A stretch of DNA of 64,000 nt from Eledone cirrhosa (lineage: Eukaryota). The notes under the pieces were generated by a model, which was not told the DNA's origin, did no database searches, and worked only from the letters and a program-made list of their open reading frames with translations. Shown here piece by piece: positions 15,590 to 28,979 of the stretch (the first letter of the stretch is position 1; every line of letters begins with the position of its first letter). The translations under genes were made by a program, and so were the position numbers. Location: assembly GCA_964016885.1 (NCBI GenBank), contig OZ024740.1, positions 90,706,001-90,770,000 of the forward strand, written 5' to 3'.

Positions 15590-18560
15590 TTCTAGAGTCG
15601 GACCTATCGCACACGGAGCTGATTGAAGGCAAAACGCGTGACACATGTGAATAAACATATTGATGTTATATCGATATTTAATAGAAAAAATAAAATTAGT
15701 CCATGATGTCTCTTGAGGTCTGCAGCTGTCTTTTAGATCTTTTTGGCAGATGGAGCATGTCAAAGATGCATGTGGCCTCAGAGTCTGTGGACAACCAACT
15801 ACATGCTTCCTTGCGTGAACTGCAAAGCCAGCTTTGCTTCATGCGATTAAAACACAGTTGCAAGTAAGGTTGTCACTTTGAGGAGAAGCATGAAGCAGAC
15901 ATGCCTTGATATTTTGACGGAGGTGGTCACAAACTTCAAGTTGGCCCCGCTCTCAACCTTTAAATAGATGAGAATTAGAATTAGCGAAGCTCTTTTGTTC
16001 TGATATTCTTTTTTTCTCACAAGAAGTGAAAAGGATGTTGCATCGATTAGATTTTGTCTCTGAAGAAGCAAGAGTGGTCTTCCAACTGCCCTGCCTGTCA
16101 CAAACAGACCCACCACAAGTGTGAACAAAGTCTGCAATCGCTCAGACAAGAAAGATGCCCTGGCAACATGAGCTGGAGACTCAAGAGGATAGCTTCAGTG
16201 TCTGACATGTTGCTTTCTGTCTGAACCTCACTATTTCTAATACAATCGGTGAGTTTATGTTGCAAATGGTACGCAAGCATCACATGTGAATATCATCAAG
16301 GTTATTGATATGCTATCAGTCCATGATTCAGCACCATAGAATAGTGATACCAGTCTACCTATATGTACACATACTTTGCAACTTTAATGTGACATCATGC
16401 GTGTTGCAAAGCCTGATGTAAAGTCTATCGAAGGCTGACCTCGCCTACTCAATCCGCACTATATCATTTCGTCCACCGTTGCACAATTTGAAACAATTAA
16501 TCCAAAATATGTGAAGGGGAAACGGTTTGCAATGCCTTTCAATCGACGGAAAAATTAGATAGAACAACAGGAGTATGGTCGTGGAAAGCAGAGAGACAAG
16601 CTGTGTGTTTTTTAATACTGATTGTCATCCCCAAAACTTTATATACGTGAGAATAGTTATCATTGATCCACTGCATTTCCTCATGATTGTGGCCTACAAC
16701 TGCACAGTCGTCTACAATTTGCAGGTCGTGAGCAGTTTGCCTTATGGGCTAGTGTTCCTGCTTCGAAAAGCTTTTAGTTGAACAAATCTCAACTTGTTCC
16801 TTATTCAAACCCCATTCCCTCTTTGACATTTTCAAATCTGTTCTTAGCATGGCAGAAAAACAAATAGATGTGTTACATATACGCACCTTTGTGTTGTCCC
16901 ATTTGGAACATCAATCGACAGCATTCTACAATGTGTGTGCCTACATTCGTGACCATGTCTGTTTCATTTGCCGTAACTGATATTGACATTCATTTCTGGA
17001 CTTCTTTATCTCATTGCGGTCTGCGGCATTATTTCTGCCACATCCATTGCGGATGGCACTTATGCATATTATGGAAAAGAACATAAATATTTGGATCAAT
17101 TGAATCAAAACAGTCTTGATATTTTCTCTTTACATAGTCAAATGTTTCCTGGGATGATTCATAGACGGCACTTTTGAAAGCAGACCATTCTGATTCAATA
17201 GTTGTGCTGTCAGAGTTAACAGCAAGCTAAACTAACACAGCGGGTTTGAAATGGTTTGACATCGTCGGTATCGTTGAGTATCTTTCCCGTATACAGCCGA
17301 AGTTCATTGACTGTAATATTTCTGATCTGGACTACGTATAATTAAGCTGTCCTTGGATCGTATTAGTCTATAGTTAGACCAAAACTCAGTAACTGAGTAA
17401 GAAAGTGTCCGCCTTATATAATTTCTGAAAGAGGACCTTAGAATCATATAATCAATAAGATGATAATGGTTGAATCGGGGATGTTTTACAGCTAATTCTG
17501 AGGTGGTTAGGAAGGTGGAAGATAGTGATGGTAATTAATAGATCATATTCGCTAAAATGGCATATCATCAAGTAGCCAATTGAGCTGGCCTTACCAACCC
17601 CATGCTTCACGACTCCACTGACCCATGCCGAGTTATCGCAGCCCACATGTGCATTTAAATCGCCCAAAAGAAGAAGTTTATCATGGATGGAAATAATCCT
17701 CAAATGATTCCATAACTCAGACTAGAAAAGCTCCTTAGTTTAATAACTAGACTTCATGGTTTAGCAATTTAAGATGGTTGCATTTTTGTTTCTACCAATG
17801 CAAATGCACAAAGTCTTAATTCTTTCGTTGATGCTAACAAGTGGAGTATAAAGGGCTTTCTTCAGGTTGTTCCGTCTAGTAAACTCCACACCTTCTCCTC
17901 TCTTTGTTACTTCAGGCTTAACAATTCAGGAAACTTATACCCATCAGCAACGTCAAGTTGCTGACCAGAATATTCTAGTCTAGTTTCTGAGAGAGCAGCT
18001 TGGCTATTATTTTTCTCCTTAGGACAGGGCTATCTACGTGATCATGCATTCTACGTTCTTCTTGATGTGTTGGAGAGTTCCCAGATTCCAAATCCAATGA
18101 ATAGTTATTTTTTTCTTTTCCTTTAATTAGGATTCCTTTAGCGTTCTGTTGCACTTTTGGATGTCTAGTCATCTGCACCCAATGACAGTATGTGGATAAA
18201 GTAAGCAATTTTTAGGTAGCATTTCTTTGACGCCTTCCTCCTTTGCAGAAAAGCAGTGCCATTCCAGAGAGAGATGCTGGTTGTGAGAGAAAGGCACGAG
18301 TTACAGAATTGTTCACAAATATTGTGAAAAACGGTGATCTATCTATCACCACCCACCTGCCGACTTCGAGCTGGGGAATTCTAGTGACATCCTTCACAAG
18401 TTATTATTGGTATATTTCCCTCGCCATAGGAGTTTTCTTTTTGTTTCAGGTGTTTACTGAACTACTTGCGCATGCCTATTTTACAGTGGGCTTTGCTTGT
18501 GCAGCACAATGCAGTCTCTCCATCAAGATAGCACTTACCTGTACGGCAGCATGTGCAAGA
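15590..18560 (-). mobile_element. Decayed RTE-clade LINE
   Basis: AP-endonuclease segment DKLLLLGDLNAHVG...KHGVGK...LLITITIF (17452-17703), RT C-terminal FTYFG and LFYGAESWT remnants (16320-16520), and a terminal TCSICQK. Many stops, frameshifts and internal deletions. Boundaries approximate. Confidence 0.75.
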
Positions 18561-18772
18561 TGACAGATTCTATTTTTTTATTGTTTGTTATGCCTGTTGA
18601 CTCTTTGAAATGTGTCCGCTCTCTGATGGGTTTTCGTTTACCACCTCCAGGGTAACCCCATATCACCTTACTCATCAAGCTTGGCGGAATCGCCGGCTTA
18701 GACGCCGACGACCCGAACATGCAGGAGGTTGTACTGGTTTGTTTTTACACTAGTAGAGCTCAAATGCAAACT

Positions 18773-18845
<73 letters not shown>

Positions 18846-19467
18846 GTTATTTTACATGTGTCACTCAACTGTAACGAACTTTCTACAGGAAATGAACGTG
18901 TATAATACAATCTGAAATCGATGATGATATTTATTTAGACAAAAAGATATCACTGATATTAATGGGAACTTAGCAAGTAATTAACATTTTAATGCTGCAT
19001 GTTAATGTATTTTCCATGGAAGGATAGACGTTGAGTATTTTTGTCGATGCTATGATAAATTATCAGAACGAAAGAGCATTCTTAAGGTATCAATGCATGA
19101 GACTATAGGATATATTTTTTATGCGACGCTTTTAAATCAATTCCTTTTTGTTTTACACAATGCATAGCTGACTTCTGTTCTCTATTTTTTTTTTCAATAT
19201 GTACCTATACAAATGGATGCTCTTAGCTAATGGATCTTCTCAAGAAGATTTATTTTATTTCCCAGTAAAATATATTTTAAGAAACATTCTAAATCAGCTT
19301 AGAATCGCTCAGTCAAGAAGAAAGATCGCTATTCACGCTTTGCTTTGTCTCACTAATTAACAGATCAACTTGTTTCTCGTGCTATGTTTAAAATACAGAT
19401 TCACACTTAGATAAGCATAAAAACATAGAAACTCAACTATGCTCATACTCACATTCAACCTTCTGCT

Positions 19468-19502
<35 letters not shown>

Positions 19503-19504
<2 letters not shown>

Positions 19505-20007
19505 GGTGGCTGTCAACTCGTTTTCGAGTACGGCCACTACTTTATATCCATGTAGGTTAACCCCTACCGATGCGCTGAACGAGTGTGACTTTTTAGTCCA
19601 GCCAGCGACTTGAAAACTCTGGTACAAACACTACACTTGTAACAATTATTGACACATAGTGCTGGGCCCATGGTACCATGTGACGACAAGTGCAGAGAGA
19701 TCTCCAGATATAAAGCAATGCATGTGCCGTGAAGCTTTTATAGTGAGCATACATATATACATGGTGGCTGCCAACTCGTTTTCGAGTACGGCCATTACTA
19801 TATATCCATGTAGGAGAACCCCTACCGATACGCTGAACGAGTGTGACTTTTTAGTCCAGCCAGCGACTTGAAAACGCTGGTACAAACACTACACGTGTGA
19901 CAATTATTGACACATAGTGCTGGGCCCATGGTACCATGTGACGATAAGTGCAGAGAGAACTCCAGATACAAAGCAAAGCCTGTGTTGTGAAGCTTTTATA
20001 GTGAGCA
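19503..20007. repeat. Two tandem ~250-bp units of an unidentified repeat
   Basis: atggtggctg at 19503 and 19761 (period 258). Each unit follows a TA-rich run. Confidence 0.85.
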
Positions 20008-20413
20008 AAGACACTGCACAAAGCCAGTCCCACTCTCTTAACCAAGATGATATTTACCAAAAAGAAGAACAAGTCAACATCATTGGATACCATCAGGGTT
20101 GCAGGTATTATATCAGAGTTTTCCTTCTCCTAGAATTCTACCTTGACAAAGACTAAGTGTTCATCTCTCCGGGTGATTTTGGATGGCCATTGACTCTTAA
20201 GAGCTCCTTTGCCCTTTGCCCTTTGACAGGTTTTGTTTTTGGTCCTGCAGGATGTCCAAAGTCACCCTCCTCACCAAGAAATCTTGGTGGGGTTGCCAGT
20301 TTAGTCGCCAACGACCCGACCATGAGACAGGTTGTACTGGGATACATGTTACCAGTAGCACCAACTGGTGACCTGACATATATGTGTATGTATATATATA
20401 AATACATACACAC

Positions 20414-20457
<44 letters not shown>

Positions 20458-20459
<2 letters not shown>

Positions 20460-23364
20460 CTTTGATAACTTTGATAACTTTGATAGAGTTTGGCCAGTAT
20501 TGGCCAAAGCCATGTCTACCTTAATAGCACCACCTGGCAAAGTCTTTCAAATACGGATTTGGACACAATGTCCCACTCAAGAAGGGGGTTATTGTTTGTG
20601 GATCATATTCGGGGGTATGGTGTTAATCTGGGACTACTTCTTTAAGGGATTTGTCCAAATACGTCTTAAACTTCATGGGGTCTGTTTGTTTTAATGTGTT
20701 TTGGTGCAATGTTGAAGAGAGCGGGGCCAATTGAGGTGAAATAATTGTACGCATTGTTAGTATGAGATGTGAATGTGGTTTTTGTTATGGGCGGTAGCAC
20801 AGAGCCCAATGCTTAGTTGTAGTTTAAAGGTAATGCCAACATCCTTTGGGCAGTGCTGATGGAATATGTCCCACATCATGCAGATAATGTAGCGCTCAAG
20901 GAGGCGTTAGATAGAATACATTTTTAGTTTTTATAGTCGACCCCAATAGTCAAGGCCTGACAAGCCATCTATCATTTTATCAATTTCGTGATTGACCTTT
21001 GAGGAGCTTCAATTTTTATGATATTTGTTTCGTGTGGGGAGACCACAGTGGACAACAGTATTCAAGTAGTTGTCGGGCAAAGGTGGAGAAGAGAAGGATA
21101 GTAGTTTGGTTCTAAGAATCGGAGTATACATTCTGCGGGCCATGTCAACTTTGAAGTTTATATGAGTGGCCCAGCTTATGTTGTTGTCCACAATTACCCC
21201 CAATTCGCTGATTGTATTGGATGACAGGAGAATTTCACTTGAAGGGAGTATGGGTGTTTCAGCGCAAATCTTTTCCAAAGTAGATTAACTCAAATTCATC
21301 CTCGCTCAACAGCATATCGTCCTTTTCCGCCAATTGGATAAGAGCCAGTAGATCGGAGTGGAGGCACATCGTGTCATCCAAGCTATTGATGACCTTCTGT
21401 GCTTGGCATGATCTGCAAAGATTTGTATGCTTCTATGTTTGATGATGTCAGTAATGCCATTAATATAGAAAATGAAAAGAAGTTGGCCCAACGAAATACC
21501 TTGTTGGACACAACTACTGACTTTGGATGGCCCGGATTTTACTCCTTCGATTACAACATGTTGGGCTGTGTTTGACAGGAAACATTTGTTCCACTGCAGC
21601 AACTTTACAGTGACACCAATATTGGAGAGTTTTCTCAGTAGAATGTGGTGATCAACTATATCAAAGGCCTTGCGGAAATCAATGTAGATGACATCAGTGT
21701 TGGATCCCTCTCCCAAAGCTCACAAAATGTCAAAGTGATGCAGTAAGTGCGTTAGGCAATCCCTTCAATTACGGAACCCATGTCGGTTGGAGTTCAGCAG
21801 ATTAGATTATTGCCTTCGAGAAAATCCGTTATTTGTAATCTCACCACCCTCTCAAATACCTTAATGATATGAGGAGTGAGTGATATTGGACGGTAACTCA
21901 CGGCAAGGATTTGTTTCCATTTTTGAACACTGGGACAACATACTTGGATAGTAAGTTTTCTGGTATATATCCAGCATACAGTGAGTTCCTCCACAGGTAA
22001 GCAAGAGGAGATTCAAATTGGTGTCGACACACCTTCAGGACACAAACAGGGAACCTATAAGTGCCTACTGCTCAATTGTATTTAGTTCATTTTATTGCCA
22101 AATGTTATGTCAGATACTGTGTTTTGGGGATTAATATCACTGATACGGTCCAGATCAGCCATATCAGGATTGCTGCAAGCAGAGTAGTAGTTTCTGCAGT
22201 ATCTCACTCATGGTTTTAGCATTATCTTGGAGAGTATCATTTACATCAATTAGAGGGGCATCAGTGGAGTCAGTGACTTTGTACTTTTTCGCAAGTGAAA
22301 AGATCCCTTTGGGATTGAGTTTGATTTTCTCAATGGCCCAGGCGTCTTCGGCTTCTCTTTGAATGATGATGATCATGATTGTGCTGTTTTGGAGGCTGTG
22401 TATTTTCGATTCTAGTGATGTAATGGCAGTTAAATGGGTGTGTTGCTTCTGGCAGTATTTCAGTTTGTTGATGTTTTCGTTAATTCTTTTAATTTTTCTG
22501 GTAAGTGTTCTTTTATTTCTACGGATTCTGCACTTGGATTTGCTCCAGATCTTAATGGGGTATGTTTTGCACATCTATTTGTTACAATGTCTACAAATGA
22601 CTGCCAGGATTTGTAGATGTTAGTGGGTGTGTGAGTGTACGTCAAAGACCATTCGACATTTGCAAGATCATTATTGATCGCTTCTCAGTTTGCATTATGA
22701 AGATACATGGTGTCAAATGGATGAACTGGAGGGATCTCATAGAGTTTGATTTTGTCATGGTCTGAAAGTAGAGATTTGACAACCGCAATATTGTGGATAT
22801 TGTCTGTGTGGTTACTGAACATTAGGTCTAAAACGTCTTTGTGACACCTTGTTAGTTCGAGCACAATTTGGGACAGAAAAAAACTCATCCGTGAAGTCAA
22901 GAAGCGATTGACTGCCTCGTTGTCAGGGGTTGAGGTTGAAAAACCAGGTATCAAGATGTTAGTGGACCAGTCAACAACGGGGAGGTTGAAGTCTCCCATC
23001 ATTAACATGTGGCCAGAGTGACACTGGTGGATGAAACACTTTATGCTGTTGAGTCATTCCTTGAAGCATGTTAGGGTTTTTAGGGGTGGCCTATAGAGTC
23101 CAACTACTATTAAGTTTGTTTTACTGTACACTGTGACTGATGCACAGTATCCATTGGAAAATAGGTTCTTAGCCACAGTCGAAAAAGTATCATGTACAAA
23201 AATGGCAGCCCCACCCTTTCTTCAGTCAGCGCAATCAGCACGGATAGTTTTGAAATTCTTCACTTTTACCTCGTGTTCCAAGTGGAGGGGATTGAGATGG
23301 GTTTCGGTGAAAACAAAGAAAGGGATTTGGGTAGGACGGCAGTCCATCCAAATCTCAAGAAATT

Positions 23365-23367
<3 letters not shown>
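20458..23367 (-). mobile_element. Decayed, 5'-truncated CR1/L2-group LINE ORF2
   Basis: APE motifs MGDFNLP, LDLMFS and SDH (22685-23008), YRPISLT...KVFERVV (21794-21994), RT motifs YIDFRKAFD, QGISLG.LLF and IFAD (21306-21716), and a short tandem tail (AAGTTATCA)n at 20458-20485. (TA)n on both sides. Confidence 0.9.
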
Positions 23368-23412
<45 letters not shown>

Positions 23413-23450
23413 GAAAACTGTGAATCAGAGTCATCGGATCTCAATGTATT

Positions 23451-23543
23451 ACGTATTACAATTGTTTCTCCGGCGAACAGCTCGTGGTGCGATCTGTTTG
23501 TGAATCGAACCTGACGTTGGATTCACAAGATCCTCAGATACGT
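23451..23543 (-). ncRNA. Hammerhead ribozyme with long stem II
   Basis: ACGTAT-CTGAGGA-(62 nt)-GAAA-CAATTG-TA-ATACGT. Perfect stem I, palindromic stem III. Confidence 0.75.
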
Positions 23544-23607
23544 CTGTTGGTTTCAAAGCAAGTTCCCTTTCAAAGAGGAGAAAGAGAACTTGCTTTGAAA
23601 CCAACGG

Positions 23608-23700
23608 ACGTATCTGAGGAACTTGCGAATCCAGAGTCAGGTTCGATCCACAAACAGATCGCACCTCGAGCTGCTAGCTGGTGAAACAATTGTAATATGT
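23608..23700 (+). ncRNA. Hammerhead ribozyme with long stem II
   Basis: ACGTAT-CTGAGGA-(62 nt)-GAAA-CAATTG-TA-ATATGT. Confidence 0.75.
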
Positions 23701-23877
23701 ACTAAATTGAGTTCCGATGCTTCTCTGATTCTTCGTTTTCCATGTTATCATACTCTGCTCCGTAGGAGAATAGAGTGCTCGATCGGCATACCGCCCATAT
23801 AAGCATCTTAGCTACCATAATACAGCTCCCTCTCTCTCTCTCTCTCTCTCTCTGTATATATATATATATATGTATAC

Positions 23878-24059
23878 GTTATTCCGGGTTGAATCGGAGG
23901 TAACCACAGTAAGAAAGGTACTCAATACATAGCAGAGTATAACAGTTTTAATATAGATGAGATTCTACAGGACTAGAACTGTTTCATTCATTAGAAATCA
24001 TCAGAGATTCCTGATGATTTCTAATGAATGAAACAGTTCTAGTCCTGTAGAATCTCATC

Positions 24060-24063
<4 letters not shown>
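23878..24063. mobile_element. pLTR fragment folded back at a hammerhead core
   Basis: Perfect inverted repeat over 23952-24063 with back-to-back CTGATGA-tttctaatgaat-GAAA-cagttc cores. Related pieces at 2041-2095 and 62555-62615. Confidence 0.7.
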
Positions 24064-24127
<64 letters not shown>

Positions 24128-24214
24128 AATATATATATATATATATATATACATAAATATATATATATATATATATATACATAAATATATATATATATAT
24201 ATATATATACATAA

Positions 24215-24287
<73 letters not shown>

Positions 24288-24304
24288 AATATATATATAT
24301 ATAC

Positions 24305-24341
<37 letters not shown>

Positions 24342-24348
<7 letters not shown>

Positions 24349-25728
24349 CAAAATAATAACAAATGAAGATATTCACATAATCAAAATATATGCTTTATTA
24401 TATATATTTCGAAGGTACTGTGTTGGTTTTTTCCCGACGTCGTCGTCAGGTAGAATATATGATTCGATATATGACATACCTCTACGGTGTTGATATTTCA
24501 ATTCCAGTATTGGCAGAGATTTATTTCATCAAATTCAATATATCACAAATAATAATATGGTAAAGTTAAAGAAAAAAGGACGTGGAGCGGATTAGAGATA
24601 TAAGAGAGTATGTAAAGAAGAGGGTAGGCAAAAAAGATATATAAGAAAGAGAAATATAAAAAAATAAAAAATACATATATCAATGAATATATATATTGGT
24701 GAAAAGGATGAAGAAATATATATAAACAGGAAGAAATATAAGAGAGAAAGAAGAAATAACGGCAAAAGAGTAGAAAAACCGTTGTTTTCAAATATTAGGT
24801 CAATTGAGTCAACCAATCAGTAACCATAGACCTTAGAATATCTCTAGTATTTGGTTATGGTAAGCTAATTATACGAATATAATATATAAAAATTAATCAA
24901 TATACATTACCTTTCATAGACTTCACATATTTAATTAAATATTTATATAATTTAATTTAACTCATAGTTTTTAACTTCTGGTTTAGGTAATATATTCCAT
25001 AAGTATTTTGTTACAATTTTAAGAAAAATATCTTTATAACATATTTAAATAATTATTAAACCTGTATTAAAACATATATTAAAATACATGCATATAAAAT
25101 ATTTATAAAATCTTTCAAATCTCCAGTTATCATATATTTACAGGATTAGAATTTTAGTTAAATTTACTCTCAAAATTTGTATTTACTTCAGTAATTACAA
25201 ATTATTACAGTTTCCTTTTAAAGAAATTCTTATATTATTCAACTATATAATTTATGTCAAAAATTAAAATAGCAAGTTATTTAAAAAGAGTAAAAATATT
25301 TACGAAGAATGTAAACAAAAGGAAGATAACTCATTCTCATATCCTCTTCTTTACACACTCTCTTATATCTCTAATTCGCTCCACGTTCTTTTCTTCTAAG
25401 TTTATCATATTATTATTTGTGGTATATAAATGTTGAGATTTGACGAAATAAATCACTGCCAATACTGTAATTGAAATATCAAGACCTTAGAGGTATGTCA
25501 TATATCACATCATATATTTTATCTGACGAGGATGTCCTGGAAAAATAAAACAACACTGTACCTTCGAAATATATATAATAAAGCATATATGTTCATTATG
25601 TGAATATCTTCATTTGTTAATATTTTGAATAATATTAAAACTCCAGGAATATTTGTTTGTGTTGTGTGCTTTTTATCTATTGTAAAACAGTATTCATTGA
25701 GTAATCAATGAATCATATTTATCTTTGG

Positions 25729-25731
<3 letters not shown>
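24342..25731. mobile_element. Inverted pair of PLE 3'UTR/pLTR fragments
   Basis: 24342-24627 is inverted against about 25340-25635, with a hammerhead-like motif in each arm and (TA)n at both ends. Same family as 38082-38520. Confidence 0.75.
25518..25582 (+). ncRNA. Hammerhead ribozyme motif
   Basis: TTTAT-CTGACGA-(imperfect stem II)-GAAA-TATATA-TA-ATAAA. Confidence 0.6.
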
Positions 25732-25810
<79 letters not shown>

Positions 25811-26232
25811 ATAAGTTCTATTTAGGACAAATGAGCGCTAGGGGATAATTTTAGAATGTGTTTATTTGAAGTATCAAGGATTTTTAACTATTAAAATTCG
25901 ACATTTGTACCATGTGGAGGGAGAATATTGTTAAGCGGTGCACTGGATCTCTAGCCGAAACATACTTTCGTGGTGCTTTCTATTATTCTAAAGCACTTCC
26001 TAAAAATCTCTTTCAGAAATATTACGCCTTATCCACCAGACAGAAGATATCTAATCAATCTATTTTAAGAACCTCTGTGCGATGACAAGTTTTCAATTTA
26101 AATGTAATAATCTGCAACGCCTTTTTACTGTACAATTTGTTCCGTCTACAGGGTTTATCCGCCTAAATTGTTAGGCTATTTATCATAGTCAAAGACGGTG
26201 ATGCTTCTAACATACGAATTCAAATCCCCACC

Positions 26233-26850
<618 letters not shown>

Positions 26851-26865
26851 ATATAATGTGTATAT

Positions 26866-26922
<57 letters not shown>

Positions 26923-26935
26923 TACAGATATACAT

Positions 26936-26996
<61 letters not shown>

Positions 26997-27043
26997 TACA
27001 GATATACATATATATATATAAATATATACATATATATATATAA

Positions 27044-27086
<43 letters not shown>

Positions 27087-27232
27087 TTTTGAGTTTATGT
27101 TGGTTGTATACCAACACCTCAGTATGCAGGCTGGAGCACTCGACGAAGTGCGCAGGTTGGTTTGGTTACTCCGGAGTAGTGTAAAATAAAGTTAAATAAA
27201 AGTCAAATGATTAAAATTTAGCTTCGTTTATT

Positions 27233-27287
27233 ACTGCTATATATATTTCAGTGACAGCCATCTTTGGCTGTGACCTCTTCAGGCAGT
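27233..27287 (-). ncRNA. Minimal hammerhead ribozyme
   Basis: Reverse complement of 28723-28777. Confidence 0.8.
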
Positions 27288-28722
27288 TTGAATTAGTATG
27301 GTATAGACAAGTACATATGTTGTTTAGGTGTATGATATTGTCAATACTCTGATATGCCCAGTTCCTTGTTGGGTTGTTAATTCACTGGGGAACTGGAGTC
27401 ATATGAATTCAAACAAACGAATTTTAGTGTCACAGGTCCCCTTCTCCTCTCATTGGTCAGTTATTAGTATTGTCATTGTTGGAGTTAGCTTAAAAATTGA
27501 TAAAATGGTAGAAGGGACAAGGTGTTGAAGGAACAAAATATCAAAAAATGTGTCAAACTTCCCATTGTTCAGTTCTGAGAGCATTCCTCAGTCAGAAGTC
27601 TATAGAATTCTTTCTGGGGTGAGGCTCCCTGTAGTGTTTATGCCTGCTATTGTTCAGTACATTTGACCTCCACCATTATTTTGGTACTGTTGTTGTTGTA
27701 GTGGTCAGCTTATATCTTGCTGCTGCTAACAATTTAGAAGTATTCAGTTTGTGTTTTCTCTTCATCCCACCCGCCACCATCGTAGTGGTGGTGGCGGGGG
27801 GGTGGGGGTTATTTCATGTATATGAAGAAATATAAGGCAATAAATGAAGAAAACAGAAGATAAATAAATAATATAATAAAATAAAATAATTAATATAATT
27901 TGTGTAATTTGAAAATAAATAAATAAATAGAGAATAAAGAATAAAGAGTAAATGAGAGATTGGTGAAAAAGTAATGATAATGTATATGGAGAAGTGAGAA
28001 ATAATGTAGGATAAAGTGTGTGTGTGTGTGTGTGTGCTATAACCAATCTCAAGGTCAGAATATGTTGGATAGATTGGTATGATACAAGATGTTAAGATGA
28101 GATATTCAATGTGTTTGTGTTATAATCTATCTCAACTTAAAATAAATATAAATATAAGGTTATACAGTGAAGAGGGCAGAAAACAAATAACAAATTAATA
28201 TAGAGAAATCAAGATTTAAGATTGGAACTGGGATTGGCGGGTGGGATGAAGAGAAAACACAAACTGAATACTTCTAAATTGTTAGCAGCAGCAAGATATA
28301 AGCTGACCACTACAACAACAACAGTACCAAAATAATGGTGGAGGTCAAATGTACTGAACAATAGCAGGCATAAACACTACAGGAGCCTCACCCCAGAAAG
28401 AATTCTATAGACTTCTGACTGAGGAATGCTCTCAGAACTGAACAATGGGAAGTTTGACACATTTTTTGATATTTTGTTCCTTCAACACCTTGTCCCTTCT
28501 ACCATTTTATCAATGTTTAAGCTAACTCCAACAATGACAATACTAATAACTGACCAATGAGAGGAGAAGGGGACCTGTGACACTAAAATTCGTTTCTTTG
28601 AATTCATATGACTCCAGTTCCCCAGTGAATTAACAACCCAACAAGGAACTGGGCATATCAGAGTATTGACAATATCATACACCTAAACAACATATGTACT
28701 TGTCTATACCATACTAATTCAA

Positions 28723-28777
28723 ACTGCCTGAAGAGGTCACAGCCAAAGATGGCTGTCACTGAAATATATATAGCAGT
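28723..28777 (+). ncRNA. Minimal hammerhead ribozyme
   Basis: ACTGC-CTGAAGA-g GTCACAGCCA aaga TGGCTGTCAC t-GAAA-TATATA-TA-GCAGT. Confidence 0.82.
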
Positions 28778-28979
28778 AATAAACGAAGCTAAATTTTAAT
28801 CATTTGACTTTTATTTAACTTTATTTTACACTACTCCGGAGTAACCAAACCAACCTGCGCACTTCGTCGAGTGCTCCAGCCTGTATACTGAGGTGTTGGT
28901 ATACAACCAACATAAACTCAAAATCTATCTAGCTCCCACACGGGTTGATCGCTTCAAACAGTAGCGGACCTAAGTCACT

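Larger units (their letters stand above)
23408..23830. mobile_element. Fold-back of a PLE pseudo-LTR with two hammerheads
   Basis: 23408-23566 is inverted against 23586-23743. A diverged relative lies at 61900-62125. Confidence 0.75.
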
